From Desulfurococcales archaeon (GTDB lineage: Archaea > Thermoproteota > Thermoprotei_A > Sulfolobales > Fervidicoccaceae), in the NCBI GenBank assembly GCA_027048265.1, contig JALTXS010000102.1, forward strand, positions 1 through 45,777: a DNA stretch of 45,777 nucleotides, written 5' to 3'. The translations under genes and the position numbers were made by a program. A model generated the notes under the pieces. The model saw only the letters and a program-made list of their open reading frames with translations, ran no database searches and had not been told where the DNA came from. Of this stretch, positions 37,037-45,777 are shown in pieces. Position 1 is the first letter of the stretch, and each line of letters opens with the position of its first letter.

Positions 37037-38493
37037 AGAGAGTCATCCTAGCCAAACGCAGACTTATTGAAGAGAATGTCGTCCTGAAGAAAAAATACGA
37101 CATATCGATAGGCCTAGTGTATCCCTCAAGTTACCAGGCGAGCCTATCTAGCTTGGGATACCAAGTTCTTTACTACATGCTGAACGATTACCCAGAGGTT
37201 TTCGCGCAAAGGGTCGTAAGTATAGGCCAGGGGCCAGCCCAATCAATAGAGACTGGGGCTCCCTTGAAAAAACTCGATATCCTCATGATAAGCGCTTCAC
37301 ATGAGCTGGATTATCCTACTATTGTTAATATTCTCAGGTTTTCAGGCGTACCATTTCTAAGAGAGAAGAGAGAGGTGTCTGAACCACTGATAATAGTTGG
37401 TGGTGTCGCAGTAACCGGGGACCCAAGGCCCCTTTACCATATCGCTGATGCTGTTTTCAGGGGAGAGGTAGAGGACATGATCCCCGAGTTCATAGATAAG
37501 CTCCCTTACCTCACGCGTTCGCGGAAAAAGACCTTTCTCGAAGAGCTTGCTAATATTGAGGGCTTCTGGGTTCCAGGCATAAAAGAGAGAGCCCTCATAA
37601 GGATAACACGGGACCTTGAAAAGGCATTCCACCCTATTAAGCAGATACAGAATCCTAAGACCGAGCCGGTGTTCGGGCGTGCACTTATGGTAGAGCCTTC
37701 TAGGGGGTGTGCTCGGGGCTGTGCTTTTTGCATGGAGGCCGCTATCACAAGGGTGAGGAGGGAGAGGAGCTTCCAAACGCTCAAACGCATAATAGAGGAG
37801 GGCCTTGAGGTCAACAGGTTATCACGAGTAGCCTTCTACACACTAAGCTTCTTTGACTCTCCCTTGGGTGAAAGGCTTCTAAAATTCTTATCAGACGAGG
37901 GTATAGCTGCCAGCATTCCAAGCGTGAGAGCTGATGCACTTGACCGTGAAAGAATAGAACTTGTTAAACAAGTGGGTCAGAGGACTATTACAATAGCGCC
38001 TGAGACTCCAGTATTTGGGCTACAGCGTGTGCTTAGAAAACATATTCAAAACGAAAAGGTATTGGAAGTAGCATCACATGTTGCTGAGCTTGGCATGGGG
38101 GTGAAACTGTATTACATGGTTGGGATACCGGGCGAATCCCAGGATGACTTGCTCAAGATAGTAGACCAGGTAAAGCGGGTGAAGGAAATAATAGGTGACA
38201 GGCGGAGGGTTAAGGTGAGCGTTAATCCCTTTATCCCCAAGCCCGAGACGCTTTTGCATTCGGCAAAGATGGAGGAAAGGCGTGTTCTTAAGAAAAAACT
38301 GTATCTGCTGAAACACGAGCTCGGCAAATATGCGGGTAGGGTTGACATATACCCTGTAAACCTCGCCTATTTTCAATACGAGGTCCATAGTAGGGGTAAG
38401 GACGCATTAGACCTTATACTCAAACATGCAGAGAAGGCTGCCCATAGCTTTGTGTTGAGAGGCTCTGGAGGAGGTGTCGAGGAGCTTGGCTAA
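37033..38493 (+). CDS. Radical SAM protein with an N-terminal B12-binding-like domain (COG1032 type), function unknown
   Basis: CARGCAFC is a CX3CX2C cluster motif. The N-terminus ISIGLVYPSSYQASLSSLGYQVLYYMLND resembles uncharacterised radical SAM families. ATGA overlap with the upstream gene. Confidence 0.85.
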   Translation: MKRVILAKRRLIEENVVLKKKYDISIGLVYPSSYQASLSSLGYQVLYYMLNDYPEVFAQRVVSIGQGPAQSIETGAPLKKLDILMISASHELDYPTIVNILRFSGVPFLREKREVSEPLIIVGGVAVTGDPRPLYHIADAVFRGEVEDMIPEFIDKLPYLTRSRKKTFLEELANIEGFWVPGIKERALIRITRDLEKAFHPIKQIQNPKTEPVFGRALMVEPSRGCARGCAFCMEAAITRVRRERSFQTLKRIIEEGLEVNRLSRVAFYTLSFFDSPLGERLLKFLSDEGIAASIPSVRADALDRERIELVKQVGQRTITIAPETPVFGLQRVLRKHIQNEKVLEVASHVAELGMGVKLYYMVGIPGESQDDLLKIVDQVKRVKEIIGDRRRVKVSVNPFIPKPETLLHSAKMEERRVLKKKLYLLKHELGKYAGRVDIYPVNLAYFQYEVHSRGKDALDLILKHAEKAAHSFVLRGSGGGVEELG

Positions 38494-39709
38494 CTATAAG
38501 CCCCCGCTGGTAGGCATTGTTGGAAAGACTAACGTTGGTAAATCTACTCTTTTCGCGGCACTTACCCAGGCCCAGGTAAGTATAGAGAACAGGCCCTTCA
38601 CGACAATAGAGCCGAATACTGGGGTAGCTTATGTGAGGAAAAGGTGTCCTCACGCAGAGTTCGGACTACCAAGATGCAACCCAAGGACAGGCTACTGTAT
38701 AAATGGGACTCGATTCATTCCTGTTAACATGATGGACGTGGCGGGCCTGATAAGAGGTGCTCATGAGGGCAGGGGGCTTGGAAACAAGTTTATGGATGAT
38801 ATAAGACAGGCGGACGCGTTTATACTAGTGGTAGATGCGTCAGGCTCCACAGATGAGGAAGGCAATCCCATAGACCCTGGTAGCCGAGACCCTGTTCAAG
38901 AGGCACAGGAAATCCTCGATGAAATAAAGCTATGGTTCGAAAAAATTGTCGCTAGGGATTGGGAGCGCTTTGCCCTGAGTGTAGAAACTGGTAGAAAGGA
39001 CCCCGTTGACGCAATATATAACAAGCTTTCCGGACTATCAATCAAAAGGAGGCATGTGGTTGAGGCTCTTTCCTCCGCTGGACTTGTGTCGAAAAAGCTC
39101 ACTTCCTGGACCCACGATGACCTGAGAAGGTTCTCTGATATGCTGCTCAATATATCTAAGCCCTTCATTATCGCGGCTAATAAGGCCGATATACCTTCTG
39201 CCGAAGAGGGTATACGTCGTTTGAAAGAAGCCTTCCCCGGAGTTTACGTTATACCCGTATCAGCTGCTGCAGAGCTTGCACTAAAGAAGGCCTCCAAACA
39301 GAACCTGATCAACTATATTCCCGGTTCAGGTGATTTCACAGTAAAGGAGCAGCAAAGACTTAGCGTGACACAACAAAAGGCACTTGAGTATATAAGGAAA
39401 AATGTGCTTGACAAGTGGGGTAACACGGGAGTCCAGCAAGCAGTGGAGACACTTGTATTTGACGTGCTTGGCCTAATATCAGTATATCCCGTAGAGGACC
39501 TTGGGAAACTCAGTGACTCTAAAGGAAACGTGCTACCGGACGTCTATCTGGTTCCCAAGTCCATGACTGCTAGGGATGTTGCTGGGATAATACATACGGA
39601 TTTTGCCGAGAGATTTCTATACGCTGTAGATGCGAAGAGTAAGAAGCGTATTGGGGAAGACGATTTACTCTATGATGGCATTGTTTTCAAGATAGTTTCA
39701 TCAAAATAG
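38474..39709 (+). CDS. ychF: Obg-like NTPase of the YchF/OLA1 type with a C-terminal TGS-like domain
   Basis: G1 GKTNVGKST, G3 DVAGLIRGAHEGRGLGNKFMDDIRQAD, G4 AANKAD. GTG 38474 or TTG 38486, after GGAGGAGGTG. Overlaps the radical SAM 3' end. Confidence 0.8.
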   Translation: MSRSLANYKPPLVGIVGKTNVGKSTLFAALTQAQVSIENRPFTTIEPNTGVAYVRKRCPHAEFGLPRCNPRTGYCINGTRFIPVNMMDVAGLIRGAHEGRGLGNKFMDDIRQADAFILVVDASGSTDEEGNPIDPGSRDPVQEAQEILDEIKLWFEKIVARDWERFALSVETGRKDPVDAIYNKLSGLSIKRRHVVEALSSAGLVSKKLTSWTHDDLRRFSDMLLNISKPFIIAANKADIPSAEEGIRRLKEAFPGVYVIPVSAAAELALKKASKQNLINYIPGSGDFTVKEQQRLSVTQQKALEYIRKNVLDKWGNTGVQQAVETLVFDVLGLISVYPVEDLGKLSDSKGNVLPDVYLVPKSMTARDVAGIIHTDFAERFLYAVDAKSKKRIGEDDLLYDGIVFKIVSSK

Positions 39710-39725
39710 ACTAACTGGATCCATG

Positions 39726-40877
39726 TCATTGTATTAAGAGTGTTGCGAGGAGCGCTATTAGAGAAAATGCTGCAGGAAACATGAAGATCTCAGAGCCGTA
39801 GCCTGCTTCAAGTAATAGTCCTGACAATGTGGCACCAATCCCTGTTCCAATAATGTTAACTGTCTGCTGGAGGCCCATGCTAGTCCCCCTAATGCTTTCA
39901 TCCACCCTTAGCATAATCCACGTGCTCAGCGTCATAAGCGATGCTATGCTGAACCCCAGCACAAGGGCTGTAGCGAGGAACATTTTTTCTAGAAGCCAGA
40001 GTGTCAGCGAGAGCATAGCAGAGAAGAGGGCCAAGTATGACGTTACCATTACTAGTTTTTCCCTGTAAGCATCAAGGAGCCAGCCTGCAAATAGGAAGAA
40101 TATTATGCTGAATCCAGAGGAAATCCCAATAAACTTACCCGATAAGCCAGCAGCACTTTCATGAACCAACCCCCTGTAAATCTCCAGGGCCTGAGGAAGG
40201 CCGCCTACAACGAACCCAAAGGCTAGATATAGGGAGAATATGGCCATGGCGCCAATAATGATTCTCCTTGCATGCCTTCTCAGCGTAGTTATAAGGGGAG
40301 GTTTCTCATTACCTTTCCTGGTGCTAAGCGTATTAGGTATAAAGAACGTGGCTATTATCAGGCCCATTAATAGGAAGAGGCTCAGGATTCTAAAGGCATA
40401 ATGGAACCCATACGATTCCACTAGAACGCCTCCCATAAAACTGCCTATGGCTACTGACGTTGCCACCATGACCAGGAAGAAGGATACAGACTTGCCAAGG
40501 TTACGCTCGGTGGAAACGTTTGCCACCATTGATAGACTTGCAGGGTAGACCAGGCTCCCCCCAATAGCGTGCAATATTCTATATAATGCTAACTGGAGAG
40601 GAGATGAGGCAAGGCTGTATAGGTATACGAACAAAGCATCGCCAGCAAGTCCCATCACAAGCATTTTCTTACGTCCTATACGGTCAACAAGAATACCCGC
40701 TACTATGCTCGCTGGGATGGCTACTAGGGAATAAAGTGCAGCAATAATGCCTGCCTGGGCCTCATCTGCTCCAAGCTTTCTTGCATAAGAAGCTATTATG
40801 CCTAGCATGAACGAAGTATCCATTATTGCTATAAAGCCTATTATGCCTAGCAATATAAGTGCTCTGCGCATCTTCAT
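39726..40877 (-). CDS. MFS transporter
   Basis: Polytopic, with MFS motif A GILVDRIGRKK. ATG 40877 (MKMRRALILLG...) is preferred over the track's upstream extension. Confidence 0.8.
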   Translation of the reverse strand: MKMRRALILLGIIGFIAIMDTSFMLGIIASYARKLGADEAQAGIIAALYSLVAIPASIVAGILVDRIGRKKMLVMGLAGDALFVYLYSLASSPLQLALYRILHAIGGSLVYPASLSMVANVSTERNLGKSVSFFLVMVATSVAIGSFMGGVLVESYGFHYAFRILSLFLLMGLIIATFFIPNTLSTRKGNEKPPLITTLRRHARRIIIGAMAIFSLYLAFGFVVGGLPQALEIYRGLVHESAAGLSGKFIGISSGFSIIFFLFAGWLLDAYREKLVMVTSYLALFSAMLSLTLWLLEKMFLATALVLGFSIASLMTLSTWIMLRVDESIRGTSMGLQQTVNIIGTGIGATLSGLLLEAGYGSEIFMFPAAFSLIALLATLLIQ

Positions 40878-41250
40878 CCCTACGTGGCTATCTCTCGCTT
40901 GTTTTAATAAACTATTACACGTACTGAGAAGTATTGGAATAAACCAGGTATATGCAAAAACATACAACAACAGTTCCCAGTCACTCAATAAAATCATGCT
41001 ATAATAGCAACCAGCGAGGATTTTGGCATGTGGAGCCCTCTTCATAAAATCTTCATAAAAAACTAAATAACATCTAGTATTATCTGGCAATTAACTATTA
41101 GACGGGTTATATATTCAAGGGTGCATAAATTGCACACTCTTTGACTAGCCTCAACTGGACAAAACTTGAAACAACACTGACTCTGTAATATTAGCTTTGG
41201 AACAGGCTTGCTAGTTAGCGATTATCCTTCATTACGAATATTACTACAAA

Positions 41251-41646
41251 CTATTCGTCATCATATGCATAATACTTCTTTAGATAGTATCCATCCTCAC
41301 GCTTAGGACCAAAGAACCTTGGGCCGTGTTCGTTTATTATCTCCCTGAGTTTCTCTGCATAGGACCGGTTAATTTCACCCCTCTTCTCCATGTAGTCGAT
41401 AACCTCTAGAGCTTCCTCCTTGGTAGAAGCCCGCTGTATGAAGTCAATTACTGTCGGGTTGTATCCTCTTAATGGGTCTTTTATCTTAATCCGTGTTCCT
41501 TGATCCTTGGATAGTTCCTTCCATAGGTTCGGGTATTTCTTCTTGAATTCTTCCAAGTCTATCTCCAATGTGAACAGCCCCCTCCAGACGATATCTGTGT
41601 AGGCCCGCATCTTTCCTCTCGGCTTTGGTATGCCGTGTGTTAACAT
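41251..41646 (-). CDS. Small conserved-looking archaeal protein of unknown function (possibly DUF2095-like)
   Basis: 131-aa ORF starting 6 nt after the dephospho-CoA kinase stop. EEFKKKYPNLWKEL...HGPRFFGPKREDGYYLKKYY. The family assignment is from memory only. Confidence 0.5.
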   Translation of the reverse strand: MLTHGIPKPRGKMRAYTDIVWRGLFTLEIDLEEFKKKYPNLWKELSKDQGTRIKIKDPLRGYNPTVIDFIQRASTKEEALEVIDYMEKRGEINRSYAEKLREIINEHGPRFFGPKREDGYYLKKYYAYDDE

Positions 41647-41652
41647 TATTAC

Positions 41653-42213
41653 TTACTTCTCTTTATGCTTCTCTTTATGTATTGGAATGTTAGCTTCCAT
41701 CGCTTGGGTCACCGCCTCTGCTAGTGCTCGTGATGTAGGGTTGGTCCTTATAACAACTACTCCCATGTTGGGCTGTCCGTACAGGACATTGAAGTCTATG
41801 TGCGCAGATAATGTGAGGAGAATGGGGAGTACTAGCAGATCCTCTTCTCCGTAAACTTTTAACAATGTCTTAATGTTAGGAAAGCCTGGTAGGATCTCTG
41901 ATAGAATTGCCCTGATTTCCCATATGTTTATAGTACCGGGGAGGTTAGTCGCTTCTTTTGTTTCGTCAAACAACTCATCTATTCCGCTTAGTTTTCCAGA
42001 TTCTATTGTACGTTGTGTTTTCCCATCTATTACTGCCAGTGAGGGGGCCTTCCCTAGGTTTTTTATGTAGTCTCTTGTAACAATATCCCCAACTGTAACA
42101 GTTGGCTTTTTACTTAGTATGTGCGAGTGATTCTTCCAAAGCGAGTCGCCTTGATAAAGGATACCTATGGGTTTCGAGAGGATTTGACGCGCCCATGTAG
42201 GTAGCCTTAACAT
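41653..42213 (-). CDS. GTP-dependent dephospho-CoA kinase (DUF359/COG1909, TK1697 family)
   Basis: VTVGDIVTRDYI..., AVIDGKTQR, VYGEEDLLVLPILL, VLYGQPNMGVVVI. Conserved position after spt4. Confidence 0.75.
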   Translation of the reverse strand: MLRLPTWARQILSKPIGILYQGDSLWKNHSHILSKKPTVTVGDIVTRDYIKNLGKAPSLAVIDGKTQRTIESGKLSGIDELFDETKEATNLPGTINIWEIRAILSEILPGFPNIKTLLKVYGEEDLLVLPILLTLSAHIDFNVLYGQPNMGVVVIRTNPTSRALAEAVTQAMEANIPIHKEKHKEK

Positions 42214-42218
42214 TTTGG

Positions 42219-42428
42219 CTACCTTATCCTTATTGCATATCGCCCGGGTTTCTCTATTTCGAGGAGCTTCGCTATTTCCGATTTGCTCGGGTCAATGATT
42301 ATAACCGCTCCTTCCCATTCGTATGTAAAGTCCCTTCCTCCACAGTTGGGGCAGATTTCCTTCTCGGGTTCGACTAGCATCTTACATTTGAGGCAGGCCT
42401 TGAAATTACTTCTACGGGCCGCAGGCAT
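42219..42428 (-). CDS. spt4: Transcription elongation factor Spt4 (RpoE'')
   Basis: Zinc ribbon ACLKCK...CPNCG, then WEGAVIIIDPSKSEIAK. ATG 42428 follows GGGTGGA. The track start at 42449 is GTG. Confidence 0.85.
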   Translation of the reverse strand: MPAARRSNFKACLKCKMLVEPEKEICPNCGGRDFTYEWEGAVIIIDPSKSEIAKLLEIEKPGRYAIRIR

Positions 42429-42448
42429 CGAGTCCACCCTTTTTTCCA

Positions 42449-42970
42449 CTATTCTATCTTTCCTAGATACGGTTGCCTCATAGTCATCTGAACGCGGATG
42501 CCCTCCCTCTCTGAGCCAGCGCTTATTCCAACAATTCTTGCCCTGACCATGTCCCCTATCTCTATGGTTTTCCTGGTGTCCTTCAATATGAATCCTGGCC
42601 GGGTTGGGTCGTATTCCACATACTCTTCAGAAATCTGCGACTTGTGAACAAATCCATCAATAGGGCCTATCCTCACGAATATCCCGAAGCTCTTAACATC
42701 GACTACGGGCCCTTCGACGACTTCGTGGAGGAAGGGCTTGTAGCTTATTATGTCCATTTCGACGTTATGATAGGTTGCGCCGTCGTTTGGAATTATTTTT
42801 CCCAGGGGATCAACCTCTACATTATAGACGCCTATGATTATGCCAAGTCCCTTGTCGTATAAGCCAGAGTATTTCTGATTAAGTATACTTATTGAAACAT
42901 CTTCGAGAGGCTCTCCCAGCCTATCGGGTGGTATCCTTACAATGTCTCTCACGTGGGACACAAGGTACAA
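42449..42970 (-). CDS. rpoE: RNA polymerase subunit E' (Rpo7)
   Basis: MYLVSHVRDIVRIPPDRLG... plus an S1 domain, GPVVDVKSFGIFVRIGPIDGFVHKSQI. TTG start. Confidence 0.9.
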   Translation of the reverse strand: MYLVSHVRDIVRIPPDRLGEPLEDVSISILNQKYSGLYDKGLGIIIGVYNVEVDPLGKIIPNDGATYHNVEMDIISYKPFLHEVVEGPVVDVKSFGIFVRIGPIDGFVHKSQISEEYVEYDPTRPGFILKDTRKTIEIGDMVRARIVGISAGSEREGIRVQMTMRQPYLGKIE

Positions 42971-42974
42971 CTAA

Positions 42975-42983
42975 GTGATCACC
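42975..42983 (-). promoter_or_regulatory. Shine-Dalgarno site for rpoE'
   Basis: Minus-strand GGTGATCAC lies 4 nt upstream of TTG 42970. It is complementary to the conserved 16S 3' end (GAUCACC). Confidence 0.5.
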
Positions 42984-43120
42984 CCGCGTCAATTTTCGAA
43001 CGCTCAAGAGCTGTGTGGACCAGGTTAAAGAGTCCGAGGAGCCCAAGTTGATATAGGTTCCATAGTCAGTGATTCCTACTATTTAGTTTAAAAACTATTT
43101 CCTAACACTATCCTGGTAGA

Positions 43121-43606
43121 CTATATTGTCCTACCTAGCGACGACTGTACTCTCTTATGGGCCCACCTGAAAAACGCAACATCTATACCCCTATCTCTGA
43201 GCCTTTTTCTAAGCCTCTTATCATTAGTGGCTACAACCACACCGACACCCGCGTTCTTAAGTCTTAAAGCAAGAGCTTCTATGTCCCTATCGGCCGACAC
43301 CCTGTCAACGCTATCAAGTACCAAGATATCTGACAGTATTTCCCCAAGTCTCGTTTTTAGAAGGATCTTTAAACTATTCGAATCCCTTGCCAGCCTTTCA
43401 AGCTCTTCCAGTACGGTCTTAGTAGTGACTGGGATGATCCTAGCCCCCAGCTCCTCCTCTAGAGGCTCCCTTACTGGGACTCCCCTCATCATGTCTAGCA
43501 TCATATTTGTGTCAATGATTAGAAGGAACTCAGCTTTCCTTTTCCTCATTTCATCGATAAGTTCTTCTAAACCTACTCTACTATACCCCATCCTATTAGT
43601 CTCCAT
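43121..43606 (-). CDS. PIN-domain nuclease, Fcf1/Utp24-like (COG1412)
   Basis: LLIIDTNMM (PIN acidic motif) and [20 protein letters not shown] (Fcf1-type AT.D..Lr..l). Canonical position between aIF2-gamma and rpoE'. Confidence 0.75.
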   Translation of the reverse strand: METNRMGYSRVGLEELIDEMRKRKAEFLLIIDTNMMLDMMRGVPVREPLEEELGARIIPVTTKTVLEELERLARDSNSLKILLKTRLGEILSDILVLDSVDRVSADRDIEALALRLKNAGVGVVVATNDKRLRKRLRDRGIDVAFFRWAHKRVQSSLGRTI

Positions 43607-44838
43607 CGACCGAACACCTGTCTGCTGAAAGCTACCCTGCTCTGCGGTATTGCCGCTACAGGTCTCCTTAGGGAGACTTCCATCCTTTCTTTGTCAACCT
43701 TTGTTACGATTCCAAGTGTTATGGCTGTTCCCACGGTTATCATGAGTGGCTCTCTTGGTTTCAGTGGCTCTACTTTGACAAGCTCTCTAAGCCCTACAAC
43801 TCGTTCTAACAGGTTGTACCTTATAGTTAGTGTCCTCGTAGCTTCTGGCGCATGACCAGGCTTTGCTAAAACGTTTCCTACAAGCGCGTCCGACTTAGTG
43901 ACAGAGGGGTCCAGCTCAGTCCCTACAGCTAGGAGACCGCCGGGCCTCGCCACTTCCACCTCTATATCACCGAACCTAAGACTGGTAACCTTAGTTGTTA
44001 TAGGAACGTACTCTTCTCTACCCCCCGTAGTTACTGTTCTTATGCCAGGTGTAAGCTCTACCTCATCGCCGAGCCTTAGCTCTCCCTGTAGAAGGCTCCC
44101 CCCAACTACTCCTCCTACAAGCTTCTCAGGGGGTGTGCCCGGCTTGTTCACGTCAAAGCTCCTCGCCACGTACATAAAGGGGGGCTTGCTGGGGTCTCTT
44201 GGTGGTGTTGGTATGAACTCCTGTATTGCCATTAGTAATGCATCTATGTTGGCTCCCTTAAGAGCACTAACTGGTATTATGGGGGCATCTTCTGCCCATG
44301 TTCCCTTTATCATGTTTTTTATCTCATTGTAGTTTTCTCTCGCCCTCTCTGGAGAGACTACGTCCACCTTATTCTGCACTATCACCAGGTTCTTCACACC
44401 TATGACGCCGAGGGCAGCGAAATGCTCTGCCGTTTGGGGCTGGGGGCATTTCTCGTTAGCCGCAATAACTAGTATGGCCCCATCCATAATCGCTGCTCCG
44501 GAGAGCATGGTTGCCATAAGTATCTCGTGGCCAGGCGCGTCAACGTATGAGACTCTTCTTAGCAGCTGTGGTTGGGAGTCGTCGCCACACGATTCACACC
44601 TGGGGAAGGGGGTGTATGCGTCGGGCAGAGGGCAGTTGTCACACTTGTATATGTCGCCATCTGCGTATCCTAGCTTTATTGTCATCCCCCTTTTGAGTTC
44701 CTCACTGTGTTTGGAGGTCCATATGCCAGTGAGTGCAGCGACTAGTGTTGTCTTGCCATGGTCCACGTGGCCGACCATACCTATATTGACTTCCGGCTGG
44801 GGCTTTTTGTCCAAATTGTCCCCCTCACTCTCGGCCAT
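43573..44838 (-). CDS. eif2g: Translation initiation factor aIF-2 gamma
   Basis: [21 protein letters not shown], and a zinc knuckle CDNC...CESCG. ATG 44838. Confidence 0.96.
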   Translation of the reverse strand: MAESEGDNLDKKPQPEVNIGMVGHVDHGKTTLVAALTGIWTSKHSEELKRGMTIKLGYADGDIYKCDNCPLPDAYTPFPRCESCGDDSQPQLLRRVSYVDAPGHEILMATMLSGAAIMDGAILVIAANEKCPQPQTAEHFAALGVIGVKNLVIVQNKVDVVSPERARENYNEIKNMIKGTWAEDAPIIPVSALKGANIDALLMAIQEFIPTPPRDPSKPPFMYVARSFDVNKPGTPPEKLVGGVVGGSLLQGELRLGDEVELTPGIRTVTTGGREEYVPITTKVTSLRFGDIEVEVARPGGLLAVGTELDPSVTKSDALVGNVLAKPGHAPEATRTLTIRYNLLERVVGLRELVKVEPLKPREPLMITVGTAITLGIVTKVDKERMEVSLRRPVAAIPQSRVAFSRQVFGRWRLIGWGIVE

Positions 44839-44903
44839 GTATGTTCGCACTATGTATTAATTCATTAAATTGTGGATAAGCCTGTTTTTCAAAAAAAGCG
44901 TGT

Positions 44904-45551
44904 TTAACTGGTAACCCACTTTACGTTTACCTGGACAATATCCTGTGTTATCGTGTTTCCTCTCACTGTTTTTCTCCGTCTCTCTCCCTTGTTACGAGGT
45001 CTATAGCCTGGAGGCCCACTTAGGAGAACCCTCTTTTTAACACCTCCACTTATGTCGGGCCTCATGGGGAATCCTGAGCTGTCGCTTCCTCCCCGTATTA
45101 CGAGCTTGCCCTCCAGCCCTACCATTGATGCAGGTATCTCGTCGTTTATCTTCAATCCTATTAGTCTCTGACTCTTCTCCTCGTCGAGGACTATCTGCCA
45201 TGCTCTTGCCTCGAACAACTCCCCCTCCGCCTCTAGTTCTCCCACAGCGTTAGCTAGTATGTCCATTGGGACGTTAACAACACCCTTTTCAACACCATTG
45301 TCCGGAATAGCTTTCAAATGTATCTTTATTTTCTTATCGGCCTCTCCCTTGAACCTGAGTGTTATGACCTTGACGTTCTCCCCAATCTCCTTAAGAGTAT
45401 CAGGATTTACCTTGGCTATAGGTAGTTCCCTTTTTTCATTAACAGACTGGTCAACCTGTATGCTCTCGTCTGCCTTTGCTTTTACCTTAACCACCTTTCC
45501 ACTAGCCCTGGGGTTTGATATAGAGAGCCTTATCTCAGGCAATTCTGCCAC
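44904..45551 (-). CDS. rps6e: Ribosomal protein S6e (eS6), crenarchaeal long form
   Basis: IRGGSDSSGFPMRPD and RRRKTVRGNTI. GTG start, with N-terminus EIRLSISNPRASGKVVKVK resembling Sulfolobus S6e. Confidence 0.9.
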   Translation of the reverse strand: MAELPEIRLSISNPRASGKVVKVKAKADESIQVDQSVNEKRELPIAKVNPDTLKEIGENVKVITLRFKGEADKKIKIHLKAIPDNGVEKGVVNVPMDILANAVGELEAEGELFEARAWQIVLDEEKSQRLIGLKINDEIPASMVGLEGKLVIRGGSDSSGFPMRPDISGGVKKRVLLSGPPGYRPRNKGERRRKTVRGNTITQDIVQVNVKWVTS

Positions 45552-45777
45552 CCCACTAGGCCCAGCTAGGCTATGCCAGCCGCATCACCGGGCTCTTAAG
45601 GTGTTTTTGATGTAGCACGCTTTTTATCATTGTCCCGAGTCGGGTTAATAACGTCTCATCAACACTACCAAGCTCTTTATCAGTATTAACATGCTAGGAG
45701 TTCAATGTATGGTGGCACATTACTTGTAATAAAGGTGGCTTGGCAAATTTTAGAGTGGATTACCACAAAGAGTGTGG

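Noticed and set aside
43227-44860. Plus-strand ORFs 43227..43628, 43898..44332 and 44402..44860
   Set aside because: They are antisense to the PIN and aIF2-gamma genes and have Ser/Pro-rich shadow-frame composition.
45616-45777. Possible gene fragments at the right edge: a plus-strand TTG after AAGGTGG at 45740, and a minus-strand frame open for 29 codons, reading in from the window edge
   Set aside because: They are too short to evaluate, carry no motif, and the SD-to-start spacing of the plus-strand candidate is poor.
1-45777. Search for CRISPR arrays, tRNA or rRNA genes, IS elements or integrases, and toxin-antitoxin or other defence cassettes
   Set aside because: Reading the spacers by eye, I saw no regularly spaced direct repeats. 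None of the spacers I read through (2317-2544, 15674-15901, 24724-25037, 25764-25968, 27628-27911, 32107-32459, 34512-34709, 41091-41250, 42971-43120) showed a GC-rich cloverleaf-like segment. No transposase or integrase motifs appeared in any ORF. The single PIN protein is the housekeeping Fcf1-type in its conserved context, not a VapC toxin with an antitoxin partner.

Overview
Archaeal (crenarchaeote/Thermoprotei-like, roughly 45-50% GC by eye) core region, almost entirely coding, with many overlapping or tightly coupled genes and frequent GTG/TTG starts. Content from left to right follows. (1) A replication cluster: MCM (open at the left edge, absent from the ORF track, and split by an in-frame mini-intein in its P-loop) with GINS upstream of it, divergent from RFC small and large subunits. 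(2) truA and an 11-gene complex-I operon, nuoABCDHIJKMLN, with no nuoEFG. (3) EF-2 and a DHH phosphoesterase. (4) The classical archaeal exosome superoperon: prefoldin beta, Pcc1, Brix, L37Ae, Rrp42, Rrp41, Rrp4, SBDS, proteasome alpha, RNase P Pop5 and Rpp30, and a COG1325-type RNA-binding protein. (5) S15, a HAM1 NTPase, Bud32, Kae1, S27ae and S24e. (6) A plus-strand block: L15e, an orphan 368-aa protein coupled to a second Pcc1-family gene, S3Ae, then four overlapping genes (THUMP-SPOUT RNA methylase, GlmU-like sugar nucleotidyltransferase, radical SAM, YchF-like NTPase). (7) An MFS transporter. (8) The string S6e, aIF2-gamma, PIN(Fcf1), RpoE', Spt4, GTP-dependent dephospho-CoA kinase and a small conserved ORF. 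I saw no rRNA, tRNA, CRISPR or transposon. The items most worth follow-up are the MCM mini-intein, the orphan gene plus Pcc1 paralog with its odd start site, the uncharacterised four-gene overlapping cluster, a transmembrane extension on Pop5, and one C/D-box sRNA candidate. I found no clear novel multi-gene system (for example a defence system); this is mostly housekeeping DNA.
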